Positions 22,527 through 31,604 are shown, numbered from the stretch's first letter. The stretch: DNA of 32,000 bases from Candidatus Hadarchaeota archaeon (GCA_964514965.1 CAZETV010000001.1:933063-965062); one strand, 5' to 3'. The notes: generated from the letters alone by a model not told the origin. Numbers and translations are program-made.

Positions 22527-22785
22527 TTTAATCAACAGTGAATTGAAATTTTTTCTTGTTAACTTTTATTATTTTTGCTAATGGCAGCATCATCGTGTCG
22601 TAAATAACTATCACTCTTTTCATTTCGACCACTTTCCCGTCTAACCGTCTGTTGTTTGTTGTTAAATCTCGCTGAGCCATAAATGGAGGGAGTGAGTAAG
22701 ATTTGTTGATATGCTGCATGTGATTCCTGCCCCTCAAGTTTCTTCTCGTGCCTTTTCAGCCGATGCCAAAACAGGACCCCATATT

Positions 22786-23469
22786 TTACATGTGAGGATG
22801 CTGTCTCTTGCCCTTTCTGAGTAGCCAGAGCGCCCCGCCGAAGATGACCAGCTCGGAGGTGAGGTCCCACCAGAACCAGAGCATCGGGACAGCCTCGGTC
22901 CAGAAGTTCCTGTAGGCCAACGGGCCGCCGTAGTAGATTCCGACCGCAGCGGTGGCGTAGCTGAGTAGCGGCACCAGGGCTTCGAAGAGCACCGCCCCGA
23001 TCAGAATGACGCGGTAGCTGGGCGACCTCTGCGGCGTTGACCGCGTCATGAAGAGTATCCCGAACAGCAGCGCGAAGGAGCTTGTCTCCATCACCAAGCT
23101 GTCGAGGAGCCAGTTACCGAGGGTCTGCCCCTCCATGGTGCCCATAACGACGTTGACCAGGACGAAGATGCCGAGCAGGAAGGCGCCCGCCGCCAGCCAG
23201 CGCCAGTTGCGGTCGAGCCTGAAGTCGAGGGTCGGTCTGCGCACCTCCCACAGCAGGCCTAAGACGATGATGGGGTACCCGACCATGAGGGTGGAATAGA
23301 TGAAAAGCACGACGATGACGGGGTGGATGTCGACCGGAATCTGGCCTTCCTCGAAGGCCTTGACCATCTGCCATGCCATCCAGATGATTGTGGTCAGGGC
23401 GAAGGTCAGCGCGAACGCTCGGTTCAGGGGTTTACTCATTTGGTGTCTGCTTAAAGGTCCGAATCTCAT
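22786..23469 (-). CDS. polytopic membrane protein, function unknown (GC-rich)
   Basis: 227 aa with about 6 hydrophobic helices. It is Trp-rich (WMAWQ, WRWLAAG, LWFWWDL). The start may be M11 at 23439 (MSKPLNRAF). A TATA-like ttataaag lies about 25-30 nt upstream of 23469. Confidence 0.55.
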   Translation of the reverse strand: MRFGPLSRHQMSKPLNRAFALTFALTTIIWMAWQMVKAFEEGQIPVDIHPVIVVLFIYSTLMVGYPIIVLGLLWEVRRPTLDFRLDRNWRWLAAGAFLLGIFVLVNVVMGTMEGQTLGNWLLDSLVMETSSFALLFGILFMTRSTPQRSPSYRVILIGAVLFEALVPLLSYATAAVGIYYGGPLAYRNFWTEAVPMLWFWWDLTSELVIFGGALWLLRKGKRQHPHM

Positions 23470-23577
23470 AAACTAAAGTCTGGTCAACGCTTTATAATTC
23501 TTTTAAAAAATCAACTTATTATGAAGCCCAGCGAATAAATGTTGAAATTCAAGTTTTTTGATGTTGTCCTCAGCAGC

Positions 23578-24192
23578 TCAAAATCTCGGCAAAAACATGG
23601 GCACTTTTTTCTGATAATTTTCGTATTCTTTCCCGAATTCTCTGGTCAGCTCTTTCTCCTCCTTCCACGAGATTAGGTAATTGCATAGCACATAAACTGG
23701 AGTGAACAGCAAAGCGTACGATGCCGAAAAGAGGAATGAACCACCGATATGCGCCAAATCTGCACCCAAATATTGGGGGTGTCGTACAGTAGAATATGGG
23801 CCGCTCGTCACAATCTTGCCCGGTTTACAATGAGTGTCCACCACTTCCGTGCCTGTTGCTTTACCTATCGTCTCGACTCCCCTTATGGCGATCCAAGCTC
23901 CTGCCAATATAAGAGGTAAAGCTATTGCCAGGTGCAAGATTGGAATTGAGAAATTAACAATCGGAATTGAGATGGATAGGCCCGAAAAAATAAATCTGGG
24001 CTGCGGCGAGAGCCAAAAACCCAACAAAAATACGAGCTCCATCCATCCTGAGAAAGCACCCAAAATCTTGCCAATCTTGATCCCTCTCTTTTTCCCATAT
24101 TTCCGCTGGAGCCCCTGATGCTCAACCGACCAAAAATGGAGGGGTATCATCAAAAGAAATCCGATTGCGCTGATAGTGAACCAAATGGACAA
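23578..24192 (-). CDS. isoprenylcysteine carboxyl methyltransferase (ICMT/PEMT)-family membrane methyltransferase
   Basis: 204 aa and multi-TM. The C-terminal catalytic signature is GPYSTVRHPQYLGADL ... EEKELTREFGKEYENYQKKVPMFLP. Confidence 0.75.
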   Translation of the reverse strand: MSIWFTISAIGFLLMIPLHFWSVEHQGLQRKYGKKRGIKIGKILGAFSGWMELVFLLGFWLSPQPRFIFSGLSISIPIVNFSIPILHLAIALPLILAGAWIAIRGVETIGKATGTEVVDTHCKPGKIVTSGPYSTVRHPQYLGADLAHIGGSFLFSASYALLFTPVYVLCNYLISWKEEKELTREFGKEYENYQKKVPMFLPRF

Positions 24193-24209
24193 GATATCCG
24201 ACCCCTATT

Positions 24210-26060
24210 TCATTTTTCTTGGTTGAGTACACCCACAAGTTTTGGACCCTTGTGCTTCCTGCCCTTTGCTATGCCGAGGTACAAGGCGCTATTTATAAGG
24301 CCGATGTGGCTAAACGCTTGGGGAAAATTTCCAAGTAATTTACCCGTTTTTGGGTCTATCTCCTCAGCAAAAAGTCCTAGAGGGCTCATGTAGTTAAGAA
24401 CATTTAAAAATATTTTTTCAGCCGGTTCTACTTTTCCAGAGAGGGCTAGAGCCTTAACGAGCCAGAAGGAGCAAAGAACGAAACATCCTTCTTTCTCAAG
24501 CAGCCCGTCCTCAGATTCATAACGGTAAACAAGTCCATCCTTTATCATTAGCCGTTTTAAGATGGCATCTATTGTCCCTTGCACTCTAGAATCTTCAAAG
24601 GGTAGGAAGCCCACGATGGGTATGAGAAGGCTCGTCGCATCGAGAGTTTCTGAACCAAAAGATTGAACAAAGCTATTGAGTTTCTTACTAAATCCTCTTT
24701 TGAGCATGGCCTTCTTGATGGCTCCCCTAACCTTTTTCCACCTTTCTAAAGGGGCATCAAAACCTTTCAGTTCTGATATCCTGATGCCTCGGTCTACGGC
24801 CACCCAACACATAAGTTTGGAATAGACAAAATGGCGGGGCCCTCCCCTCACTTCCCATATACCTGAATCCTCTGTGTCCCATACTTGACATACGTGATCT
24901 ACAATACCTTTGATAAATCTCCAAGTTTCGTGTGAAATCTCCTCCCCATAACGAGTGGTTTCGTAAATCGAGTTCAACATCTCACCATAGATATCGAGCT
25001 GTTTTTGTTTTGCTGCGCCGTTGCCGATTCTCACTGGGCGGGAATTTTTGTACCCTGAAAGATTTTCTAATACCCGTTCCTCCAGATCAGCCTCCCCATG
25101 TAAGCCATACATTATCTGGAGTTCGGATGGGTGCTTATCTTGTCTGACAATTCCCTCCATCCACCTGCGGAAATCTAGAGATTCTTTCAAATGACCTAGA
25201 TGGAAAAGTGCTTGAACCGTAAACGAAGCATCTCGAACCCACGCATATCGGTAATCCCAGTTGCGGACACCCCCAACTATTTCGGGGATAGAGGTTGTCG
25301 GTGCTGCAGCGATAGCACCACTGTCAGGGTTTGTTAGGAGTTTTAGTATCAGGCCTGAGCGGACGACGAGGTCATGCCAAGGTGCATCGATGACACATTC
25401 CGGACTCATGCATCTATGTGTCCACCTTTCCCAAAATTTCTTCACCTTTCTTAAGAGTTTCTCACAATCTTTGGGGCGTAGAGGATTGTGATGATTGTAA
25501 TGGAGAACAAACCAGACGGCTTCGCCTTTTTTCATGCTTACTGTTCCTTCAGCTTTTCCATTGTGGACATCCAAAGGAATCTGCGATTGTAAAAACAAGC
25601 TCTCATCTTGGCATCGAGTGACAATTCCCCCTTTTGCAGGCTCAAAGCTGGAAGGAAGCCTCGCGTAATTAAAACGTGGTTCAAAGCTCACCTCGAGTTC
25701 TACCTCCCCGCTCATGCATTCAACTTTCCTGAAAACCGCTCTTACATATTTATTATTTTTTCTTGTTTCCGCTTTCATGAAGTCGGTCACAACAACCACG
25801 CCTAAAGAAGTGGTAAAATTAGTTTGCAGGATATTTGTGTTTTCAATATAAGATTGAACCGCTTCGTATTTTTCAACTGGTTTTATCCAAAAATGCCCGC
25901 CCCTTTCTACGTCAAGTATGGCCGCAAAAAGGGAAGGCGACTCCAAGTAAGGGAAACAGAGCCAGTCTATTGAACCATCCCTGCTTACCAGCGCACAGGT
26001 CTCGAGATTTCCGATGATCCCGTAGTCTTCAAGGTCTCTATAACGCGGTTTCATATTCAA
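24210..26060 (-). CDS. glycoside hydrolase family 15 (glucoamylase/trehalase-type)
   Basis: 616 aa. The N-terminal YGIIGNLETCALVSRDGSIDWLCFP, plus NWDYRYAWVRDASF, GIWE.RG and the C-terminal LFAEEIDP..G..LGNFPQAFSH are hallmark GH15 (alpha/alpha)6-barrel motifs. Confidence 0.85.
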   Translation of the reverse strand: MNMKPRYRDLEDYGIIGNLETCALVSRDGSIDWLCFPYLESPSLFAAILDVERGGHFWIKPVEKYEAVQSYIENTNILQTNFTTSLGVVVVTDFMKAETRKNNKYVRAVFRKVECMSGEVELEVSFEPRFNYARLPSSFEPAKGGIVTRCQDESLFLQSQIPLDVHNGKAEGTVSMKKGEAVWFVLHYNHHNPLRPKDCEKLLRKVKKFWERWTHRCMSPECVIDAPWHDLVVRSGLILKLLTNPDSGAIAAAPTTSIPEIVGGVRNWDYRYAWVRDASFTVQALFHLGHLKESLDFRRWMEGIVRQDKHPSELQIMYGLHGEADLEERVLENLSGYKNSRPVRIGNGAAKQKQLDIYGEMLNSIYETTRYGEEISHETWRFIKGIVDHVCQVWDTEDSGIWEVRGGPRHFVYSKLMCWVAVDRGIRISELKGFDAPLERWKKVRGAIKKAMLKRGFSKKLNSFVQSFGSETLDATSLLIPIVGFLPFEDSRVQGTIDAILKRLMIKDGLVYRYESEDGLLEKEGCFVLCSFWLVKALALSGKVEPAEKIFLNVLNYMSPLGLFAEEIDPKTGKLLGNFPQAFSHIGLINSALYLGIAKGRKHKGPKLVGVLNQEK

Positions 26061-26070
26061 TCACCTCAAA

Positions 26071-27480
26071 CTATCGTACCTTGCCCATCTCCCGCGGATG
26101 TTTGCCAGCGCGCCAGTGGGCCTCTATCTGTTCTAGACTCTGCCCCTTGGTTTCTGGAACCAAAAGGTAAGTGAAGAGCCAGGCCCCTATGCCTATTATG
26201 CCAAAAAGCCAAAAGGTTCCGGACCGACCTAGCATTTGGATTAGTGTGAGGAAAGTCATGGCAACAATCAGGTTAGCACCCCAGTTGGCAACGGTCGCGG
26301 TGCTCATCGCTAGTCCGCGGATTTTCAGTGGGTAAATCTCTGAGATTAACAACCAGAAAACAGGGCCCAAGCCTATGGCAAAAGAAGCTACGTAAGCCAT
26401 CAGACTTCCAACTGCTATCCATCCCAGTGCACCCTGCAGGTTGGGTAACAGGAAGGCTAGACCGAGTACACTTAGACTGATAATCATGCCAACCAAGCCG
26501 ACCAACAACAAGCGCCGCCGTCCCACGCGATCTAACAGCTCCATTGCCACCACGGTCATCAAGAGGTTTATAACGCCTACACCAACGGTGGCTAAGATAG
26601 CAGCTGATGCTGACTTGAACCCCGCAAATTGGAAAATTGTGGGAGCATAGTAAATGACTGTATTGATTCCGGTGATCTGTTGTGAGATTGCCAAGCCTAT
26701 GCCGACGATTAATGCTGGCCTCACCAACGGTTTTAACAACTCAGGCCAGCTACCGCTTTGTTTCTTAAGACCCTCTTGAATCTCTTGCAGCTCATTTTCC
26801 ACGTTTGCAGTGCCACGGATGCGTTTTAAAACGTTGCGCGCTTTATCCATCAAAGCATGACTTACCAGCCAGCGGGGACTTTCAGGCATAAACAGAAATC
26901 CAATTGCTAGAAAAACTGAAGGAATCGCCGCTAAAGCGAACATAAATCGCCATCCTTGAATACTAGACAACGCATAACCCACCAAGTAAGAGATGACGAT
27001 TCCACCGGTAATGGCGAGCTGATTGAATGAGACCAGTCTACCGCGAACTTTAACGGGGGACACCTCTGAGATGTAAAGCGGTGCACTAAAGGAAGCTATT
27101 CCGATAGCGACTCCAACGATGATCCGACCAACGATTAACCAAGCGACATTCGGAGCCAGCGCCGTGCCGATAGCGCTCAGGGTGAATATGGAGGCCGCGA
27201 GTATGATAATTCTCCGCCGTCCAAAGCGGTCACTCAGAGTCCCGCCCACAGCGGCACCGATCACCGCACCCAGTAAGACGCTGCTAACCACGACCTCTTC
27301 CAGAGTCGCCGAAAGTGAGAATTCTTGCTTAATGAAGAGTATGGCTCCTGAAATGACGCCAGTGTCATATCCAAAAAGCATCCCGCCCAGCGCGGATATG
27401 GCGGCGGCGATATAGACAAATAGGGTACTGCCATCTCGTGGACTAAAAATGCGTTTTTGGTTCATTGATATTGAACTCAA
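26071..27480 (-). CDS. MFS sugar-porter family transporter
   Basis: 469 aa with 12 predicted TM helices. Sugar-porter signatures: GYDTGVISGA, LSDRFGRRR, PESPRWL, DRVGRRRLLL and PETKGQSLEQIE. Confidence 0.85.
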   Translation of the reverse strand: MSSISMNQKRIFSPRDGSTLFVYIAAAISALGGMLFGYDTGVISGAILFIKQEFSLSATLEEVVVSSVLLGAVIGAAVGGTLSDRFGRRRIIILAASIFTLSAIGTALAPNVAWLIVGRIIVGVAIGIASFSAPLYISEVSPVKVRGRLVSFNQLAITGGIVISYLVGYALSSIQGWRFMFALAAIPSVFLAIGFLFMPESPRWLVSHALMDKARNVLKRIRGTANVENELQEIQEGLKKQSGSWPELLKPLVRPALIVGIGLAISQQITGINTVIYYAPTIFQFAGFKSASAAILATVGVGVINLLMTVVAMELLDRVGRRRLLLVGLVGMIISLSVLGLAFLLPNLQGALGWIAVGSLMAYVASFAIGLGPVFWLLISEIYPLKIRGLAMSTATVANWGANLIVAMTFLTLIQMLGRSGTFWLFGIIGIGAWLFTYLLVPETKGQSLEQIEAHWRAGKHPREMGKVR

Positions 27481-27560
27481 TTTTATTTCCCATTTTTCGC
27501 TATAACTTTTATAATTTGTTATTTATTTCGACGAGTTTCATCGAGTCTTCGTAAATTTAT

Positions 27561-27923
27561 CTAAATCATCTCTTTTTCTTCAATCTCAAATTTATTTTTT
27601 AGTGCCCAAAGCTTGGCTGCGTCTAAAATCAACCATAAGTTCTCCACAGTTTCCACGAGTTTCCAGTTTCTGAAGTCTTCTTCTGCGACAAAGTCTATTT
27701 CTTTCACATCTCTCATAGTTTCCTCTTTCAGGTGTGTGTCATATTCGGTTGAAAAAATATCATACAATATTTTGTGAGCGTTGTTGTCTATGATGAATTT
27801 GGCGGTTATGAGTCCGTCAGGGGTTTCAAGCCAAAACTCAGAATTGGAGACTTCGCGCAAGTTTATTTTTATCTTCTCTTTTTTTAAGAAATTTAGCAAG
27901 TTTGAGACGAGATTTGTTTTCAA
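27561..27923 (-). CDS. hypothetical protein (orphan, low GC)
   Basis: 120-aa ORF with protein-like composition but no motif I recognise. The only start is a TTG immediately after an in-frame stop. My hand GC count of line 27661-27720 is 22/60. Confidence 0.35.
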   Translation of the reverse strand: MKTNLVSNLLNFLKKEKIKINLREVSNSEFWLETPDGLITAKFIIDNNAHKILYDIFSTEYDTHLKEETMRDVKEIDFVAEEDFRNWKLVETVENLWLILDAAKLWALKNKFEIEEKEMI

Positions 27924-28013
27924 TTAACTACCACCCGATAATGTTATTTGGCATTTTAGTTTTTTGTTGCACTTCATCCTTGAATTTTTAGGCATTAGAA
28001 CACACCTGTTTCT

Positions 28014-30461
28014 TTACCTGCGGAATCTTATACCACCATGGTCCAGCATCGTGTATAAACGCACTTTTATAAAATCTATTATTACAAAAACAATCAGCGC
28101 CTCTCCCCAAATGAAAAGTGCGTTAAACCAGCCCATAGCGGGAAGTAAAAATCCATAAACGGTGATTAAAGTGGCAATGAGTTGCGTGGATATCACAGCA
28201 ATTAATAAAATTTTTGCCGGTTTCACAGACCAAAAGTGACCTTTCGTGCGGGCCATGAAAACGGTTAGGTGGCCTGCTACAGAAAGTTTTAGATAAATGA
28301 ATGACTGGAGGATCCCGAGGGGCAGGTGGAATATATTTAGCCCGATGTATAGCACCCCAAAGGATTCGAAAACACCCATAATCCCGAGCATGGTAGCCAT
28401 ACTCAATAGAGACCGCATATTCCATTTTTCCGGCTTATCTGAGTATTTGACATTATCATAGGCGATCGACATAATCGGTGCGTCATTCAGAAGCGCCAAT
28501 AACACGATCATTAGAGCGGTAACAGGGTAAAACTGGAATATAATGATTGACAGAGCAATGAAAAACAAAACCCTGATTGTTTCGGCAATGCGATATATGG
28601 CGTAATTGTTCATCCGCTGGAATATTTTGCGGCTTTGTTTTATGGAATCGATTATCGTGGAAATACCTGGCTTGGTCAGGACTATGTCCGCAGCAGATTT
28701 TGCAGCGTCCGTGGCACCAGCGACGGCAATTCCCACGTCGGCCTTTTTCAGGGCAGGCGCGTCGTTGACTCCGTCGCCTGTCATGCCAACGATGTGTCCA
28801 TCGGCTTGAAGCAGTTCCACTATGTGATACTTGTGCTCCGGGAAGACCTGTGCGAAGCCATCAGCTTTTTCAACGATGCTCTTTGCTTCTCTGTTGGTTC
28901 TGTCAAGAAAAGAAGATGCTTGAGCGATGTTTGGGCCCAAATTTACTTGCTTGGATATCTCCTTAGCAATGGAAGCATGGTCGCCGGTAACCATTTTTAC
29001 ATTCACGCCCATGGTCTCGGCTGTTTTGATGGTTTCCGCCGAATCTTCACGGGGTGGGTCCTGAAGGCCTAGGAGACCTACAAATTGCCAGTTTTCCTGA
29101 GTATCAGTCTTAGCAACTCCGAGCGCTCGATAACCTTTGGCAGCGAAGGTATCCACAAGCTGGCCAACTTTGCTACTGATGGCATCATTGTCGGCTAAGA
29201 GGGATAGGATGACTTGCGGTGCACCTTTGGCCACCTTGAAGTGTCCGCCGTTGGCATCCTCCACGGTAGCTTCAGTCCGCTTTGAAACCGGGTCAAAAGG
29301 ACTAAATTCGACTACCTTGTATTTACTAGACACCTCGTCAAGCAGCTGAAAAGTCCTAGCTTTGTTGATAATTGCATTGTCGATGGGATCTTTATCCTCC
29401 TCCCTAGATGCTAGAGTACCAAATAGCATTACATCTTTCTCTTTGAATCCCTCGGAGGGCGCAGTTTCGGCAACGTCGATTTCATTTTTGGTAATAGTGC
29501 CGGTTTTATCCGCACACAAAACATCCACGCCAGCCATTTCCTCTATGGCGACCAGTCTGCTGACGATAGCTTCCCTCTTGGCCAAGGCGATGGCACCTAT
29601 AGCCATGGTTACCGATAGGACTGCAGGCAGCGCGACGGGTATTGCGGCAACGGTCAGAACCAGCGTGAACTGGAGGGTTTCCAACAGGCTTTCATGACGG
29701 AAAAGCGCCACTAGAAAAATTATCACTGCCAACGTCACCGCAAGTAAGATAAGGTAATCACCGATCTTGACGATGGCTTTCCTGAAGTGGCTTCTTTTAA
29801 CCTCGGCCTTTTCCACAAGTCCAGCCGTTTTTCCGAAATATGTGTTCATGCCTGTGGAAACCACGAGAGCGGTCGTCTCACCCTGACGTATGATGGAACC
29901 TGAATAGCCAACGTCCGAAGCATGCTTTTCCACAGGCAAGGATTCTCCGGTCAAAGCGGATTCATCCACCATCAGATAACCGCTATCCATGAGTTTCATG
30001 TCGGCGGGGACAATATCGCCTAGACGGACGCGAACAACATCTCCCGGCACGAGTTCCTTGGCAGGCAATTGAATCCATTTGCCATCGCGCAAAACCCTCG
30101 CATTTGGGGCTAGTTTCTGTTTCAATAATTCAATGGCATTTTCTGCCTTGTGCTCCTGCCAGAACCCGACTACCCCGTTCAGAACCAGCAGGGAAAAGAT
30201 TATCACAAAGTCCTCCCAGCGCCCGATAGCTGCCGAGATTACCAGTGCAACTTCGATCATCCACGGTATCGGGCCCCAGAAATAGCCCAGAAACTTGAGA
30301 TAGGGGTTTACCTTCTTTTCAAGTAGCTCATTAGGACCGTATTGCTCCAGCCGACTCTTTGCCTCTGAAGAGGAAAGTCCCTTTTCGCTGGAGGAAAGTT
30401 TCTTAAACAGTTCATCTATACTGATACCTTTCGCATCTTGTGCCTTCATCGTACTTTTCAT
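28014..30461 (-). CDS. P-type ATPase, plasma-membrane proton-pump type (P3A-like)
   Basis: 815 aa. TGES, CADKTGTITKN, MVTGD and GDGVNDAPALKKADVGIAV are present. The AAIPVALPAVLSVTMAIGA transmembrane motif, the overall length and the N-terminal GLSSSEAKSRLEQYGPNEL resemble fungal/plant-type H+-ATPases and the M. jannaschii MJ1226 type. Confidence 0.85.
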   Translation of the reverse strand: MKSTMKAQDAKGISIDELFKKLSSSEKGLSSSEAKSRLEQYGPNELLEKKVNPYLKFLGYFWGPIPWMIEVALVISAAIGRWEDFVIIFSLLVLNGVVGFWQEHKAENAIELLKQKLAPNARVLRDGKWIQLPAKELVPGDVVRVRLGDIVPADMKLMDSGYLMVDESALTGESLPVEKHASDVGYSGSIIRQGETTALVVSTGMNTYFGKTAGLVEKAEVKRSHFRKAIVKIGDYLILLAVTLAVIIFLVALFRHESLLETLQFTLVLTVAAIPVALPAVLSVTMAIGAIALAKREAIVSRLVAIEEMAGVDVLCADKTGTITKNEIDVAETAPSEGFKEKDVMLFGTLASREEDKDPIDNAIINKARTFQLLDEVSSKYKVVEFSPFDPVSKRTEATVEDANGGHFKVAKGAPQVILSLLADNDAISSKVGQLVDTFAAKGYRALGVAKTDTQENWQFVGLLGLQDPPREDSAETIKTAETMGVNVKMVTGDHASIAKEISKQVNLGPNIAQASSFLDRTNREAKSIVEKADGFAQVFPEHKYHIVELLQADGHIVGMTGDGVNDAPALKKADVGIAVAGATDAAKSAADIVLTKPGISTIIDSIKQSRKIFQRMNNYAIYRIAETIRVLFFIALSIIIFQFYPVTALMIVLLALLNDAPIMSIAYDNVKYSDKPEKWNMRSLLSMATMLGIMGVFESFGVLYIGLNIFHLPLGILQSFIYLKLSVAGHLTVFMARTKGHFWSVKPAKILLIAVISTQLIATLITVYGFLLPAMGWFNALFIWGEALIVFVIIDFIKVRLYTMLDHGGIRFRR

Positions 30462-30509
30462 GGGATAAACGCCTCTTAAGTAGCTTTTATCATATCCTCT
30501 TGCTGATGA

Positions 30510-30743
30510 TTACTTCACAGTTATGCATGTGCAGTGAGCATGATTACATACTTTAGTTGAAACGCTCCCCATAAACACCTTTGAGAACCTACCCTGACCG
30601 CGATTCCCCATAACTATCAGGCCCACTCTCTTCTTTTTTGCCAAAGCAAGAGTCAATTCAACCGCTTTCTTAGAATGTTCTGAACCATCCAATGCAACTA
30701 GTATCCTACGCAGGGAGAATTTTACAAGCTTCTTGTTTTTCAA
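30510..30743 (-). pseudogene. universal stress protein (UspA family) with an in-frame internal deletion
   Basis: The 77-aa product joins a normal USP N-terminus (RILVALDGSEHSKKAVELTLALAKK) directly to a normal USP C-terminus (GLIVMGNRGQGRFSKVFMGSVSTKVCNHAHCTCITVK). About 60 central residues of a typical ~140-aa USP are missing. Confidence 0.5.
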
Positions 30744-30779
30744 TAACTGACCCTTTTTTATTATATGGATATTAGCTTA

Positions 30780-31604
30780 TTAAGCATAAATTCTGGATTT
30801 GGATATTTTTCTGGCTTCTTCCATAATTTTATTCAAACTGTCTTGAGGCAATTCTGTCATTTTTTTCAGGCGCTCAAATCCGTAGTCGAGCAGATCCTTT
30901 GTCAGCATTATCCCTGCTTGAAACAATCGATCCTTCGCGAACCCCTTGACAGACCTCAAAATTGTAATAGGATAAATTTTCTTCTCCTCTATCATCCTCT
31001 CCAAGCTCTCCATTCGCGGGTGTCTCCAGCTCGTGATTTTCAAGCCGGCGCATCTTGCATACTTCCTCGCCTCACCCGTTAATTTGGTATTGCAGACCAG
31101 CCAGGCGTGGTCAAAATCATCGCCTAAATCCAAGAATCTCGCGTGGGTGTACATGGCAACTTTCAAATCGGTGTATATCCCGAGGGCGTTGTGGTACTTG
31201 CACTCCACCAGATAACGTTTGGCGTCCTTTTCCGCGACGATGTCAATCTCGTGGTCAACACACTTGCCCCGGATGACCTGCCCCACCTTGGTCTTGTAGC
31301 CGTAATTTTGAAGCAGTTCGGCGACGAACTTTTCAAAGGGGAAACCGGTGGGGCCGAGGGTCATGATCGCCCTCTTCAGGTCGTATCTGATGGCGGCTTC
31401 CGGTTCCTTTTTGAGCAGTTTGAGGGTGAGGTTCAGGACCTCTCTGGTGGTTATCCCGTCGTAGGCTCTCTTCTCGACTTCTTTCGCGATCCTATCGGCC
31501 AGCTCTCTTGATGCCCCCGCCCTCAGGCAGGTTTTCCTGACCTTTTCGACATCGAGTTCTTCTTTTTCCCCCGATGCCTTTATCACGTACATTTCGACAC
31601 TCAT
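30780..31604 (-). CDS. ATP-cone domain fused to an Mrr-like PD-(D/E)xK restriction-endonuclease-fold domain
   Basis: The N-terminal YVIKASGEKEELDVEKVRKTCLRAGASRELADRIAKEVEKRAYDGITTREV matches the ATP-cone pattern. The central FEKFVAELLQNYGY...VDHEIDIVAEKDAKRYLVECKYH gives the D...E-x-K nuclease core. The start is set at M42 (31604), with 31592 possible. The 41 upstream codons of the track ORF look non-genic. Confidence 0.7.
   Translation of the reverse strand: MSVEMYVIKASGEKEELDVEKVRKTCLRAGASRELADRIAKEVEKRAYDGITTREVLNLTLKLLKKEPEAAIRYDLKRAIMTLGPTGFPFEKFVAELLQNYGYKTKVGQVIRGKCVDHEIDIVAEKDAKRYLVECKYHNALGIYTDLKVAMYTHARFLDLGDDFDHAWLVCNTKLTGEARKYARCAGLKITSWRHPRMESLERMIEEKKIYPITILRSVKGFAKDRLFQAGIMLTKDLLDYGFERLKKMTELPQDSLNKIMEEARKISKSRIYA

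Larger units (their letters stand above)
19395..22785. mobile_element. low-GC genomic island(s) anchored at the 3' end of tRNA-Leu, with no recombinase retained
   Basis: Begins at the tRNA 3' end. Contains a second, decayed tRNA 3' fragment. GC is far below the flanks: my hand count of line 20041-20100 is 19/60, versus 35-38/60 in lines from 14-16 kb and 36-43/60 in 22.86-23.22 kb. Cargo is metal(loid)/stress-type genes. The right border coincides with the stop of the GC-rich gene at 22786. Confidence 0.5.

Noticed and set aside
22528-22870. Two overlapping minus-strand ORFs (69 aa and 103 aa) between arsC and the GC-rich membrane gene
   Set aside because: They overlap each other in different frames and overlap neighbouring genes, and neither has a recognisable motif. 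Only the short tail MKRVIVIYDTMMLPLAKIIKV... looks gene-like, and it may be a remnant. This is not enough to call a CDS.
28123-29697. ORFs nested in the P-type ATPase gene, antisense (28577-28768, 28606-28809, 28635-29072, 29137-29349, 29362-29697) or same-strand out of frame (28123-28425)
   Set aside because: They are fully contained in a well-supported 815-aa gene and have no independent signals.
30765-31511. Plus-strand ORFs (30765-31082, 31033-31215, 31055-31276, 31143-31511) opposite the ATP-cone nuclease gene
   Set aside because: They are antisense to a domain-supported CDS and have low-complexity translations.
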